Of a DNA stretch of 51,558 bases, positions 35,529 through 47,400 are shown one piece after another; within the stretch, counting starts at the first letter, position 1; the number at the start of each line of letters is the position of its first letter. The notes under the pieces are model-generated. The model did no database searches, was not told where the DNA came from, and saw only the letters and a list, made by a program, of their open reading frames with translations. The DNA is taken from positions 62,001-113,558 of the forward strand of contig JABLTG010000044.1 of NCBI GenBank assembly GCA_016618085.1, written 5' to 3'. Source of the stretch: Neovahlkampfia damariscottae (lineage: Eukaryota). Made by a program: the position numbers and the translations under genes.

Positions 35529-36619
35529 ATGTCAAACTACCAAGTGCACTTTGACAGCATCTCCTCTACTTTTGATAATAAATTTCCTGGAGTTTTAGAA
35601 AGAAAACAAGTACCGCAAGACTTGTATTTTGACACTTTGAGAATTTTTACAGAAAAAGTTAAAAAAATTGAAAACTTTGGTTTCATGAAACATATAATAC
35701 TAACCTTTTCACCTTTTCAAATTGGTTTAATCTCCTTTTGTGCATTGTTGATGTTAAGATATTTCATTGGCGACCTTATAACAGACAAACTTTGGTTTGG
35801 TAATTTAAACAAAAAAAAACTCACAACTAACTTTCAGATTATGTTTTTTATAGTTCTATTTATATAATTTGTATTCCTGCGGTGATTTTTTCTGTTTGGT
35901 TCACAAAGTTATTCAGCAAACGTCAACTAGAAAAATTCGAATTGATGGATGCAGTCAAAGGAGAATGTTATGAAGATAGTAAATCAAAATATAAACCATA
36001 TGGGGTTCAAATATTCTTAAAATTCAAAAAAGGTCCAATAATGTCCAAAGAGTCAAGAGCTTTTCTGGAAATTGTCACAATATCTAAAAATGAACTCAAT
36101 CAAGTTCAAATAGGACCAAATGATTATCTTAAAGTTGACACAACATTTATTTATTTATTAGAAGACAATGGTGTCACTGAAGAAGATTATATTGAAACAA
36201 TGAAATCTCTCAATGAAAAATCAACAAAAGTTCAAAATTCCAAGTACAACATGATGTTTTTATTGGGATTTTTATTTGTATGTTTTCTATTCACTTCAAT
36301 TGTCTATGCTTTTATTGTATCATTCTTGTTTTTGTTTGAAGGATATGAAAATCGATTGGCATATTTCGGAATCAGTGTGATGTCACTATTTACACTTTTC
36401 TTTTTCATGTTTGCATTTTTTATGATATTTTTTGGTATATTTTTATTTGCAAGAATGCATGTAAAATTCAAAGAATATGTTTCCGATGTTAAAGATGAAT
36501 CTGATAGATTTTATTCTCAATTGGGTGTTGAATTGAGTTTGAATAAGCAACATCCAAATTCGGAATTTATGGTATCATGGAAATCAATTCCTCAATCATC
36601 TGAAAACAATAAATCATAA
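35529..36619 (+). CDS. Membrane protein with two repeated units (Erf4/Golgin-A7-like motif plus hydrophobic hairpin)
   Basis: One intron near 35800-35837. 'FPGVLERKQVPQDLYFDTL' and 'LLEDNGVTEEDYIETMKSLN' are each followed by two TM segments. Confidence 0.6.
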
Positions 36620-36665
36620 TTTATCATTTAAAAACCATTTATAAATTTGTTGACGACAGGCTCTT

Positions 36666-37505
36666 TCAATTTTCAATTAAATTATTATTCTCATTTGAAT
36701 ATTCTTCAATTGTCTCTGGAGTCCATAAAAATTTGTTCAGTTTTCGTTTCAATAAACCCACAATTATTAAACGAATCCAAATCAAGAATTTCACTATGAA
36801 ATATGCAATAAAGAAAGAAACTCCAACTGAAATATTAATAACTACAATCCATTGAATAGGAACTATTTTAGGATCATAAAATGGATAAATCCATCTTCCA
36901 GTCAAAGAATTGAAAACATAAACCCAAAACATGTAACCATATCCGTAACTCAAAACAATAATCAAATCGACCCATGTAATTGGAAAATTCTCAAAAAATA
37001 CATCAATGAGTAAAAATGCAGCAGAAACACCATGAGCAGCAAAATTATAATAATCAAATTTTGGGCGAAGTGGAAAAACCAAACCCCAGTACAATGGTGG
37101 GATAAATAAGTTTAACATTGTCAACAACAGGTACATATAAGTTTGAATTGTTTTGAAATTATTAGTTGTTTCACCTTTTGTTCTTTGAAAAAGTTGTGTT
37201 AAATTTTGTTTTTTGAAAACCTGATAACTTGAATGGATGAAATAACTCCAAGCAGAAAGTAAATAAAAGTCAGTACAAAAGCTTGATTTGTCAAAAAAAT
37301 CAAATAATATTTTTTAAATGTGTCAGTGGAGGTGATGAGAAATTCCGCAAAAACTGTTAACATGAAAAAAATTGTGAATATTCGATAAATCAATTGAACA
37401 AAAGTGAATATTTTGACTTCTTTGAATGAAAAATGATAAATTTCTTTCAATTGTTCTGGACTGTTAAAAAATAAATTATTGTCTACCTTTTTGTTTGGTG
37501 AACAT
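36666..37505 (-). CDS. Rolling-stone / FAR-17a-AIG1-like multi-pass membrane protein (5' end uncertain)
   Basis: Motifs IFLTNQ, LYWGL, AHGVS, WIYPF. One GT..AAG intron near 37183-37220. Confidence 0.7.
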
Positions 37506-37711
37506 GTTTGGAAGCAATGGAAAATTGTGATTGGTCATTGAAATGACTGAATACAAAGAATTGTATCAAAAAGCATTTTACATCAATTGTTTGTGCAAAC
37601 ATGAATGAACAATTGAAGAAATCTAATGATTGGATAAAAATTGTAACCAATTAAATTGGTCCTCACCAAATCTCATCTTCAGTGTGAAAAAAAAATTTAA
37701 CTACTGTAATA

Positions 37712-39473
37712 ATGGGAAATGTATTCACCAATTTTACCTCTGTAAATAGAATAAGCTCAACAAATTCATTTTGGTCAATTTATGAAGCCTTTTATGAAAA
37801 AGAACCTGTAACCATTTTTTATCATCAATATAAAGACAAAAAAAGTTTTGAATCTGCTAAAAATGCAATACATGTAAGTTTTTATTTTAAAAAAATAATT
37901 TAATAATGGTAGTGTATCAGTCTATTTCGACATCCTTCCATTTTAAAATTCAAGTACAAATTTGTTGAAGAAAATCATTATTGTTTATTTGCATCTCAAA
38001 GAGTATATCCTTTAGAGAATGAAATAATGAATTTAAAAAAAGATGAAATATTATTCGGAATTCAAGAAATTATTGTATTGGTTAATTAATTAATTATATT
38101 TTTAGAATGGTATTGAGTTTTTGAATGAAGAATGTAATCAAAGTTTTAATAATTTAAATTTAAATTCAATTTATATTACAAAAGATTTAAATTTTATTTT
38201 GGGAGATTTTCAATTTTCATGTTCTTTTGATTCGTTACAATCTTTGGAAAAATATCAAAATGATTTAAAGTATTTATTACCAATTGAAGTAAGTAAAAGC
38301 TTTGAAAAATTAAAATAACAGAAATTAAAACCACCTGAATTTAATGACAGGAAAAGAGATTTACTATTATTTCCGAATTTTTTAATTGAAATTAATTTGT
38401 CCAATAGTTTGAAAGGTGTGTCTGAATTTAAAAGTTTTAAAGAAATTAACTCGAAAATACAAAAGAATAATAATTTTATCATAATTTTAAATTATTTAAA
38501 AAATATTAAAATTGAAAAGAAAAAAGAGGAATTTTTTAAAAATTTAAATTCAAAATTAGAAAAAATCAAAAATAAAAGTCAAGAAGAAAAAGATTTAATT
38601 TTAAAAAGGGTTATCCCAAAATTACTTCAATTTGAAATTTTGATTGAAAAAAATAGTGAAGTATTCTATTCAGAATTTTTTAATTTTTCAATGAACACAA
38701 TTTTAAACGAAGAAGAATATAACAAAATAATTATAGATTCATTTATATTAAAATCATATGTATATTCAAATCATAAAGGATTGAGAATAATATTATTAAA
38801 ATATCTAAATGATTATATTTGGTTCATAAAACCTCATTTAGTTCAATCAATTATTTTAGAAGAAATATTGAAAAATTTAAATGAAAATGATGAAGAAATA
38901 TATTTAAAATCTTTAGATTCTTTAATAATTTTATCAAATTATTTCATAAAATGTGACGAAGAGTATAATTTAGAAATTGGTTTAAATATTTTAAATGATC
39001 GTATTATTCAAGTACTTCATCATTCAATAAAAAATAAAAAAAAAAAAAGAAGATTGGAATCTATTTTATTGATGTTTAAATTATGGAAAATACATTCAAA
39101 TTTAAAAAAAGAAATAATTTTATCGAGTTTGAAATTTAACTTGGAAATTGATTCATCCAATGAATTTAAAGAATCTATTTTGAATTTAATTCTGTTAAAT
39201 TTGAGCATCACTTTCAATTTAAAAGAATTAATTATTGATATTTTACCTTTAATATCAAAATTATTATTACATGAAGATGACAAAATTAGAAAAATTGCGA
39301 ATCTGATTTTTAAGGATTCTCTTCCTTTAATTGTAAATTCAGAAGATGAAACTTTTAAAGAAGAAGAATTAACTCCATTGAAATATTTATTTCCTGGTAT
39401 TTCAAATGTAAATTTGATTGAAAGCAATATTTTCAAAGATGGAGCAATCCCAAAGTTGGATTCATCAGAATGA
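37712..39473 (+). CDS. SCY1-like (SCYL) pseudokinase with HEAT repeats
   Basis: Starts MGN (myristoylation-like). Spliced motif AKNAIH-CIKSIRHPSILKF; degenerate 'NNLNLNSIYIT...LGDF'; Leu-rich HEAT-like C-terminal half. Three short introns. Confidence 0.7.
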
Positions 39474-39878
39474 TTCAAACATCAAGGAGAAAAGAATAAT
39501 TCAAATCTTTAAATAAATTTTGTTGATTTTTTGATGTTTGGGAATTCATATAAGACCGAATTTGAACAATCTAAAAATTAGAAATTTCAATCATGAACTT
39601 TTTAATTTTCATTTTTTACAAAAAACAAAAAAAAAAAAATTTGATTTAACCAATGATTCATCCTGTTCAATCTCACATCAAATCACTCAAGTGCAATCAA
39701 CTTCTCAAAATACAGTTTTTGAATCTTGTTCAAAATGCAACACACCAATTTATATTATTGAAAAAAAAAACAAAAAAAAATAAAATAAATAGTTTTTTCA
39801 ATAATATTTAAATAATGAAAATTCATCAGAAAATAAAGTTAATTGATCATTTTTTAGGTTGGAAATAAAAATTTTGAC

Positions 39879-39972
39879 TGGAAGGAAAACCACGGTTGGA
39901 TGGAAAATCCACCTGTGGTTGAAAAGTCTACGTTTGGTGAAAAAATCTATGTTTTGATGAAAAATTCACCGG
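39879..39972. repeat. Five degenerate ~19-bp tandem repeats
   Basis: tggaaggaaaaccacggt / tggatggaaaatccacctg / tggttgaaaagtctacgtt / tggtgaaaaaatctatgtt / ttgatgaaaaattcaccgg. Confidence 0.7.
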
Positions 39973-40285
39973 TCAATAAAATGTTCATGACCACCCCTCT
40001 CAATTGAGTTCTATCAAAGAGAAAACTTTGGTTCACAAACTTGGTCAAAAATCTCGTCAATGAATGCAATAAATTTTAAGGGTTCTGTTCCCCTTTCAAT
40101 CATTTTTTTTGAATCATGGACAATTTACCACTCGATCACACTGCCACCAATGGCTTCTTTAAGAGTAAAAAGAAAACAGGTGAGAAGACGATTCGGAATG
40201 AAATGAAGTGGACTATTTTATGGTTGAAATACAAAAATCAGAAATTTCAAACTCCAATAAACAATTGTCGAAAATTAACCTTTAT

Positions 40286-42169
40286 TTATATCAAACCCAA
40301 ACTCTTTTCATTTTTCTTTTGTTCTATTTGGTAATTTGAATACAAATTAGAAACTAAAAATCTGGACATTGTGTCAGAGAGATTATTTTCCACAATTTTT
40401 TCCAATTTGTCAAACAATTCATCTTCAAAAATTCTAGCATCAATTTTCTTGACTACAGCAATTATTTCACTTTCAGTTGCATTAATTTCCAGTGTAGAGT
40501 GGCTAAATTGTAAATATCTTGTCTTTATCAATTGACAAATATTCATTCTTTCTGATGAATTTGGTTTGTATTTTTTATATGCAACAACGTCCATTTTGAA
40601 GAATATATTTTCAGAGGACCATTCTAATTCTGTAAACTCAATGAATGTTTCTAACAAATTCCCCTCGCCCAAGAAATCGAAAGTCGTCATTTTAGTGGTC
40701 AATGATCTTTTCTTTGTTTTGAAATTTTCACCAGCCATCTTTTCCTTGAAGGTACGAAAAAAACATTGTGTAATTGTGATAATCAATGCTTGTAATCCAC
40801 ATGCCCAAAATCCGACTAAAAAAATGAGGTCAACGATCAATCCACGTATAATATAAGGAACAGGAGCAGAAACCCAAAAAATGCAAAGAGGAATGACGAA
40901 AAAGATGCAAATCATATCTAATCTGTAGTTATAGGGATCATTTTTTATCAAATATTCATACCAATTCCCACAAAATATATTTCTGGCATTCATAAACAAA
41001 TCAAAACTAATTGAAATACAAATGATGGTGCAAAATAAAGCAATACAGCATAAATGAGCAATTCTAATAGCAAAAGCAGCTTCAGTGGAACAATTTAAGC
41101 CATATAATACATAAACGATAAATATGATTGTCTCAAATAAAGCACCCCATAAAATAGGAACTAAAAGATAGGCATATTGTGATGATATTAATTTCAAAAC
41201 TACTTGAAAATAATTTTGAATCTTTTCAGATTTTTTGGTTAAATTTGAAGTCAATGTGTTATTTCTAAGTTTTCTAATCAATTTTCTCTTGTATTGATGG
41301 ATTATTAACATCAATATGTATCGAACCATCATAATTGTCGGAATTGTCAGACTATTAAACAAATAAGAAATAATTCATTGATTTTACGAGGCTTGAATAG
41401 ATGCATATACAAAAAATCCGGTGAATTCACAATAAAACTTTGTAGATTCTTCAAACGTAAAAAAGTTCAATAAATATTCAGAAAACAAGTTGAAATACAG
41501 CAATCCAAGTGCAATAAAAGGACCTATAAATCTACTCTTTAGAGGTTGATGATTTCTAAAAAGCATAAAGAGGAATCCTAAAAAAATATAAAATCCAGAT
41601 GCAATGATAAAAATGGATGAATGTTGTGCCAATAATCTTCCAGCAATATTTAACTCTGAATTACATTCAGGTATTTTTCCAGTTGAATTTAGTAAAAATT
41701 GTATTGGTGAACTTGTTATATAATGTTTTGGTATGTAATGTGTTCCATTGTATAAATACGGAGTATCCCTCTCGTTCTGTGAAAAATAAAAAAACATATT
41801 GTCAACTATTTGAGTAGTATTGATTTTAAACCTGAAAGATAAAATTCCATCGATTCTATTGTTGTTGAGTTCGTCAAATTCTTCGTCAAAAATAGTTTTG
41901 TTTTTTAACACATTTGTGTGATTTGTCAGCTGCAGAATAGTTGGTGGATAGTGTGCTAAAACTTGAAAAGAATTTGAATATTCTTCAGGTTTCGTCAGAG
42001 CTGTTATTCCAATCCATCCTTTTTGTTGACGAGATTTAACTGTGAAAAAAAGAAAGTCCTGATGAGTTTCTAAATAAATAAAAGAGTTTCTCCACGTTAA
42101 GCAGCCAATGGGTTTCTGTTGTAGCAAGTGAAATAATATGAGAAACAGAAATAAACCTAACGACCTCAT
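40286..42169 (-). CDS. Signal peptide + DOMON-like ectodomain + 7TM + RGS domain protein
   Basis: GWIGI strand in the ectodomain; 'QPLKSRFIGP' at the TM1-2 loop; about seven hydrophobic helices; RGS 'FIEFTELEWSSENIFF...YL..STLEIN...NLSDTMSRF'. One intron near 41352-41387. Confidence 0.85.
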
Positions 42170-42220
42170 CAATTTGACCAATCATTCACCGTTCTTTCTT
42201 CACTCTTTCAAACGATTCTC

Positions 42221-44410
42221 ATGGACGAAGAAGAGTTGTTGTCCTTGGACACATCAACAAATGAAGATTATTTGATATCAATGGGATTCAAAAAAAATGA
42301 TGTGAAGAAAGCACTTTCCATCAACAAAAATACAGAAGTTGCTTTGGACTGGCTTTTACAAAATGTTGAAACAAAAGTGGTCGAAATAGAATTAAAAAAC
42401 ACTTCTGAAAAAGAAAAACAATTAAAAAAAAACAAAGAAAATGAAGTTTTGGTTCTTTTTCAAAGTGATGAGGAAGAAAATGAAGAAAATAAAACAGAAA
42501 CATTTGAAGAACAAATTAAGAACTACAGGTTTAACAAGAGTAATTCAAAGTCTCAAAAAGATTTAAGTTCTCACAAAAAAAGAGCAGAAGAACGAGAAAT
42601 TCAATCCAAAAAAATTAAAGAGATGAACTTCACTGATGCGGAATACAATTTTATTGTATCTAAAGATAATCAAAGAACAATAGATTTAAAAGTAAATATG
42701 TTATTAAAAATGAAAAAAGAAATATTCAAGTTCGGTTTAAATCAAAAAGATATTGATTTTATGTGTGAAATGAAGAAAAATTCAACAAATACTGAATTTT
42801 CTATTGATGACATAATTGAATTGAAGTCAGCAGAAAAATTGAATCAATTGAATCCTACTGATTATTGGAAAATGAATCCTGATTATAAACCACCAAATGA
42901 AGTTTATTATCCACATAAATTGGATGAACTACCCAGAGACACTATTGCTCATATTTTATCGTATACTGATAAGTCAACTGTCATGAATGCATCAATTATT
43001 TCCACTGGATTTGATGTTGCAAAGTCAAATTTAATATGGAGAAATTTTCTCAGAGATTTTGTTGCTTATGAAGAAAGTAAAGCACATTTATTACCTGAGA
43101 GTCAAAAACACCACAAATTGATTCTATTGGAAGATTCAATTGATCAGTATACTGTGAAACAACAATATGCAAATCATGTCAAAGGGAATGTATTAAGGCA
43201 AAGAAGAATCGAATTAGAAGAAATCGAAGAAAAAAATATTGTCAAATGGCAAGTTAGTTGCACAAGATTTTTTATGTGGACAGTTTATTTGAGTATATTA
43301 ATTTCCTGTATTACAGTATCAGGGATTTACATTCCTTTTAATGTTGATTTTTTCAACACTTCATACTATTGGTTGATTGGATATGCACCTTTGTTGTTGA
43401 TTTCATTAATTCATTTTCCATTGATAACATTTGATGGTTACAAATCTGGTTTTTATCCATTTCCTAAATTGGAATGTGGAGGTGTCACGCAAACCACTCC
43501 TTCATTAGATGTTGTGATCTATTTTATGTCATTGTTCAACTCCATCCCTATTTTAATTGTAATTACAGGATTGATATCATTCATACCAGGAGCAAAAGAA
43601 TTAAAATTATGGACTATTTTTTTGACACCTGTCATATTATGTGCACTTTGGGATGTTTTTACTTTCTTCATTGTTGGGATTAGAGTACTATTGACAATAA
43701 GAGAAGATGAAGAGTATGATCCAACTCTGAAAGGAATATTATATGGAGGATTTGTTGGCACAGTAATCTGTCTTTTCTTTACATTCATTTTTTACTCATT
43801 ATCTATTTTATTTATTAGTCTCAAACTAGATGGACATATTCCAACAATGTATTGGTCAATAATATTCATATTTATGGAAATTGGAGGTTTTTTTTTGGTT
43901 GGATTACTTTGTTGTTTTGCCATTTCAATGGCTCTTCATTATGTTTATCTAGGAAGAAGATACAAAGATCTCAATTTTGGTTCATCTGTTTTGAGAATAA
44001 TTAGTTGTGACGATGACTCTGAAGGTTTTTTTTCTGATTATGACGATGATGAGTTCAATTTATGGGTGTTTCTTGCATTTATTTTGACTTTGGTTGTTAC
44101 TATACTTGTCACAGTTTACTGTTCATTCTTCATCTCGATTTTACTTTTGGGATTGGTAATGGATGGTATTTTCAACACTTGGATTATATTGGTCACTGCT
44201 GTTCCATTTATTGTTGGAATGGTTGTTATTTTTTTGACATTGGTATGTTGTTCTCTTTCAATTGCATGTTGTATTTGTTTTGTTTGGTGTTGTGCAAGCA
44301 TGCTTTGTTGTTTTGATTGTTGTGATGATTTGGATTGTGATGACTGGTTCTGTAATCCTTTTGCATATCTATTTGGTTTATGTTCTTTGTGTTTCGGAGA
44401 CGATGATTAA
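42221..44410 (+). CDS. UBA + F-box + multi-pass (TMEM185-like) membrane protein with Cys-rich tail
   Basis: UBA LISMGF..ALSIN..EVALDWL; F-box LDELPRDTIAHILSY...NLIWR; about 8 TM helices including LKLDG..YWSIIF; tail CCxxxxCCxCxxxCC. Confidence 0.8.
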   Translation: MDEEELLSLDTSTNEDYLISMGFKKNDVKKALSINKNTEVALDWLLQNVETKVVEIELKNTSEKEKQLKKNKENEVLVLFQSDEEENEENKTETFEEQIKNYRFNKSNSKSQKDLSSHKKRAEEREIQSKKIKEMNFTDAEYNFIVSKDNQRTIDLKVNMLLKMKKEIFKFGLNQKDIDFMCEMKKNSTNTEFSIDDIIELKSAEKLNQLNPTDYWKMNPDYKPPNEVYYPHKLDELPRDTIAHILSYTDKSTVMNASIISTGFDVAKSNLIWRNFLRDFVAYEESKAHLLPESQKHHKLILLEDSIDQYTVKQQYANHVKGNVLRQRRIELEEIEEKNIVKWQVSCTRFFMWTVYLSILISCITVSGIYIPFNVDFFNTSYYWLIGYAPLLLISLIHFPLITFDGYKSGFYPFPKLECGGVTQTTPSLDVVIYFMSLFNSIPILIVITGLISFIPGAKELKLWTIFLTPVILCALWDVFTFFIVGIRVLLTIREDEEYDPTLKGILYGGFVGTVICLFFTFIFYSLSILFISLKLDGHIPTMYWSIIFIFMEIGGFFLVGLLCCFAISMALHYVYLGRRYKDLNFGSSVLRIISCDDDSEGFFSDYDDDEFNLWVFLAFILTLVVTILVTVYCSFFISILLLGLVMDGIFNTWIILVTAVPFIVGMVVIFLTLVCCSLSIACCICFVWCCASMLCCFDCCDDLDCDDWFCNPFAYLFGLCSLCFGDDD

Positions 44411-44434
44411 TCTCCCAAAATAAAAACTTTATTC

Positions 44435-47400
44435 TTACAACTTCAATGAAAATCTTTGACTTCTTCTATTTCCTCCAGTTGTTTGTCTTTTTTGTAAATC
44501 TTGGATTTTCAAATCTTTGTCTTTGATAATATTTGTTTTGATTCTGATTTCTTCATCTTTGAACATTAATTTCTTTTCAACTTGTTCAACTTTTTGATCA
44601 TATCTTGCAATTTCACCTTGTATCTTTTTTAATTTCACTTGAGCTGCAAAATTCTTCTTTTGAGTAACTTTTAATCTTTCTTTTATTTCCATTTTTTCAG
44701 TGGTTGTATTTTGTAAAATTGAACTCAATTCTGAATAATCATTCTTCATTGCAGAAAATTGTTCATTCCAATCTTTCATAAATTCCATTGTTTCAGCTCT
44801 TTTTCTTTCATTTTCAATTTGTGCTTCTTTTGCTTTTTTTTCAATTTCATTTTCTTCTTTCATTCCTGGACTGGATGGATTTGAATTTCTTTTTCCAAGG
44901 TTAAAGTTTCTCAAGAACTTTCTTTTATCTTCATCATTTGATTCGCTAGTTGGTGAACTAGGACCTGCTGATTTAGATGATCTTTTCAAAATATTTTTCC
45001 AACCACCAGAACTTCTTTTATCAAGCATATCTACTTTTTGTTTGTCTATTTTTTTGACAAATCCTTTCCAAGCAAATTTTCCAAGTAATTTTTTTTGCTT
45101 TTTTGGTTCCTCTTCATTACCTCTTGGACTTGTTTCATCAGGTGATTCAACTGAAATTTCATCATCATTTGATTCATTTTTCCCTTGGGATTGTAATATT
45201 TCTTCTTTGGAAATATCAATTTCCGATTTTAATTCATCTGGTTTTATCATTGAAATTTCTTCAGAACTTTCATCACCTCTTGGTGTCAATGTACTTCTTG
45301 TTTCATAATCAATGTTCAACATTTCTTTTAATTGTTGTTTTTGATATTCAATCATCTCTTTTGCATCATACAATTCTTCAAACAAATCCTCTTTTTCATA
45401 CAAAATCTTTTCCAGTTTTTTTTCATAAAGAAACATTCGATCTTCGTATTCAGTCACTTGTTTCACATACTCTTCATTCATTTCTGTCAAATCATTCTCA
45501 TGTTCTGTTTCGAGTTTTGAATTTTCCAAATCTTTCAATTGAATTTGTTGAGTTAATTCTTCAATTTGTTGGTTAAACTGAAGGAGTATTTTTTCATTTT
45601 TAAGTTTCTCTTGAGTTAAATCATCAATTTGATCATTTAATTGTGAAATAAAATCTTGATTTGATTTTTTTTCTTGCTGAAAACTTAAACTTTTCAATTT
45701 AAGCTCTTCATTTTCTTGTGACAAGCTGTCAAGATTTTCAGTCAATTTTTGAATCTTTTCTGAGAGATCTGAAATTTTTGATGTTAAATTTTGTTTTTCA
45801 GTTGTCAAGTACTTTTTGCTTGATTGAGATTCTTGAATGTCTTTTTCTAAATCCTGAATTTTCATTTGTTGTTCTTTAATTTTTTCAACAGAATTTTTCA
45901 ATAATTCTTCATTTTCTTGTAATTTTGAAGAATTTTGTTCAATTTCAGTTATTTTTTTTGACATTTGATTTTTAAAGTCTTCTTCCAATTTCAAAAAACG
46001 TTCAGAAGATAATTTGTTTTCATTTTGTAAAGATGTACATTTTTGATTCCATTCTGATATTTCAACATCTTTCTTATGTAAATTAGATTCAAATTTTGAA
46101 TTATTTTCAGTTAATTGATTCAAATCTTCAATATTTTGATTCAATTTTGTTGATAAAGTTACAACTTCAAGATTCTTGCTCTCTATTTCTTTAATTTTTC
46201 TGTTCAATTCATTTTTGAGTTGATCAAGGTTCTCTTGATATTGTAAACTTTTTTCAGTTAATTCTTCAAGTTCTTTTTGGAGTTGTTGTTGCTTTAAATT
46301 TTGATTTGAAATCTCAAGATTTGATTGGACTAATTGTTGTTCATTTTCGAATAGTTTTTGCTCTAATGAATCATTTCTATCATCTTCTTCTTTTAATTTA
46401 TTACTTAAATCTAATTTTTCTTGATTTAAATTATTAACACTCAATTCAAGTTTTTGATTCATGATTTGAAGATTGTCAAATTCTTTTTGTTTTGATTTGA
46501 TCATTATTTCATTTTTCTGAATTTCTAAACTTAAATTGGATTCAATAGTTTCAATTTTTTGGTTTTTCTCATCAATCTCTTTTTTCAATTTGTCAACTTT
46601 ATTGGATTCTTCAGATGCTTCTTTTTCAAATGATTTATCAAAATTCTCTTTTTCTGCCATCAATTTATTGAGTTTTTCTTGTTGTGATTTCAATTGATTT
46701 TGAAGGGAAAATTCTAAAAGAGATTTTTGATTCAATTCTTCTTCTAGTGTGTTTTTTTCAACTTGAGCATCATTTAAGGATTTTTCTAACCCATCTTTAA
46801 GTTGTTTTAATTGATCTAATGAGCTTTTGTTTTCAACAATTTCCACTGATAAATTTTCATTGGTGATTTCTAAACTCTTTTTTTCATTGTTAAGTTTGAC
46901 AATAGATTCATGAAGTTGTTTGGTTTCTCTTTGGTTATTTTCATCAAAAATCTTTTTTTCTTCTTTTAATTCTTCAATTTTTGATGTTAAATTTTTCTTG
47001 TCAGAAGTCAATTGATGTATTATAGTATCTGATGATCCACTTTGATTTTGAGCATTTTGAAGTTCTTGTTCTAACTGAGCAAATGCAACTTCAAGTTCAT
47101 CTTTTTCTACATTGCTAGAAATCATGATTTCTTCTAATTCTTTACTTCTTTCTTTCATTTGATTCATTGATTTTTCAAAATATTGAATTTCTGAAATTAA
47201 TTGAGAAAGGGTGGTTTCAAATGAACTTTCTTTCTCTTTAAGGATTAGTTTGTATTCAATGACTTCTTGTTGGTATTTTAATGACGATTCTTTCAACTTT
47301 TGATTTTCAACTTTGATCTCATCCAATGTGATTTGAATGTTCGATTTTTCTTGAGATGTTTGTTGAATAGTTTCTTGAATTTTAGAAACTTCTTGGGTTA

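Noticed and set aside
39879..39972. CRISPR-like array
   Set aside because: Units are contiguous and degenerate with no unique spacers. The context is eukaryotic and there are no cas genes.
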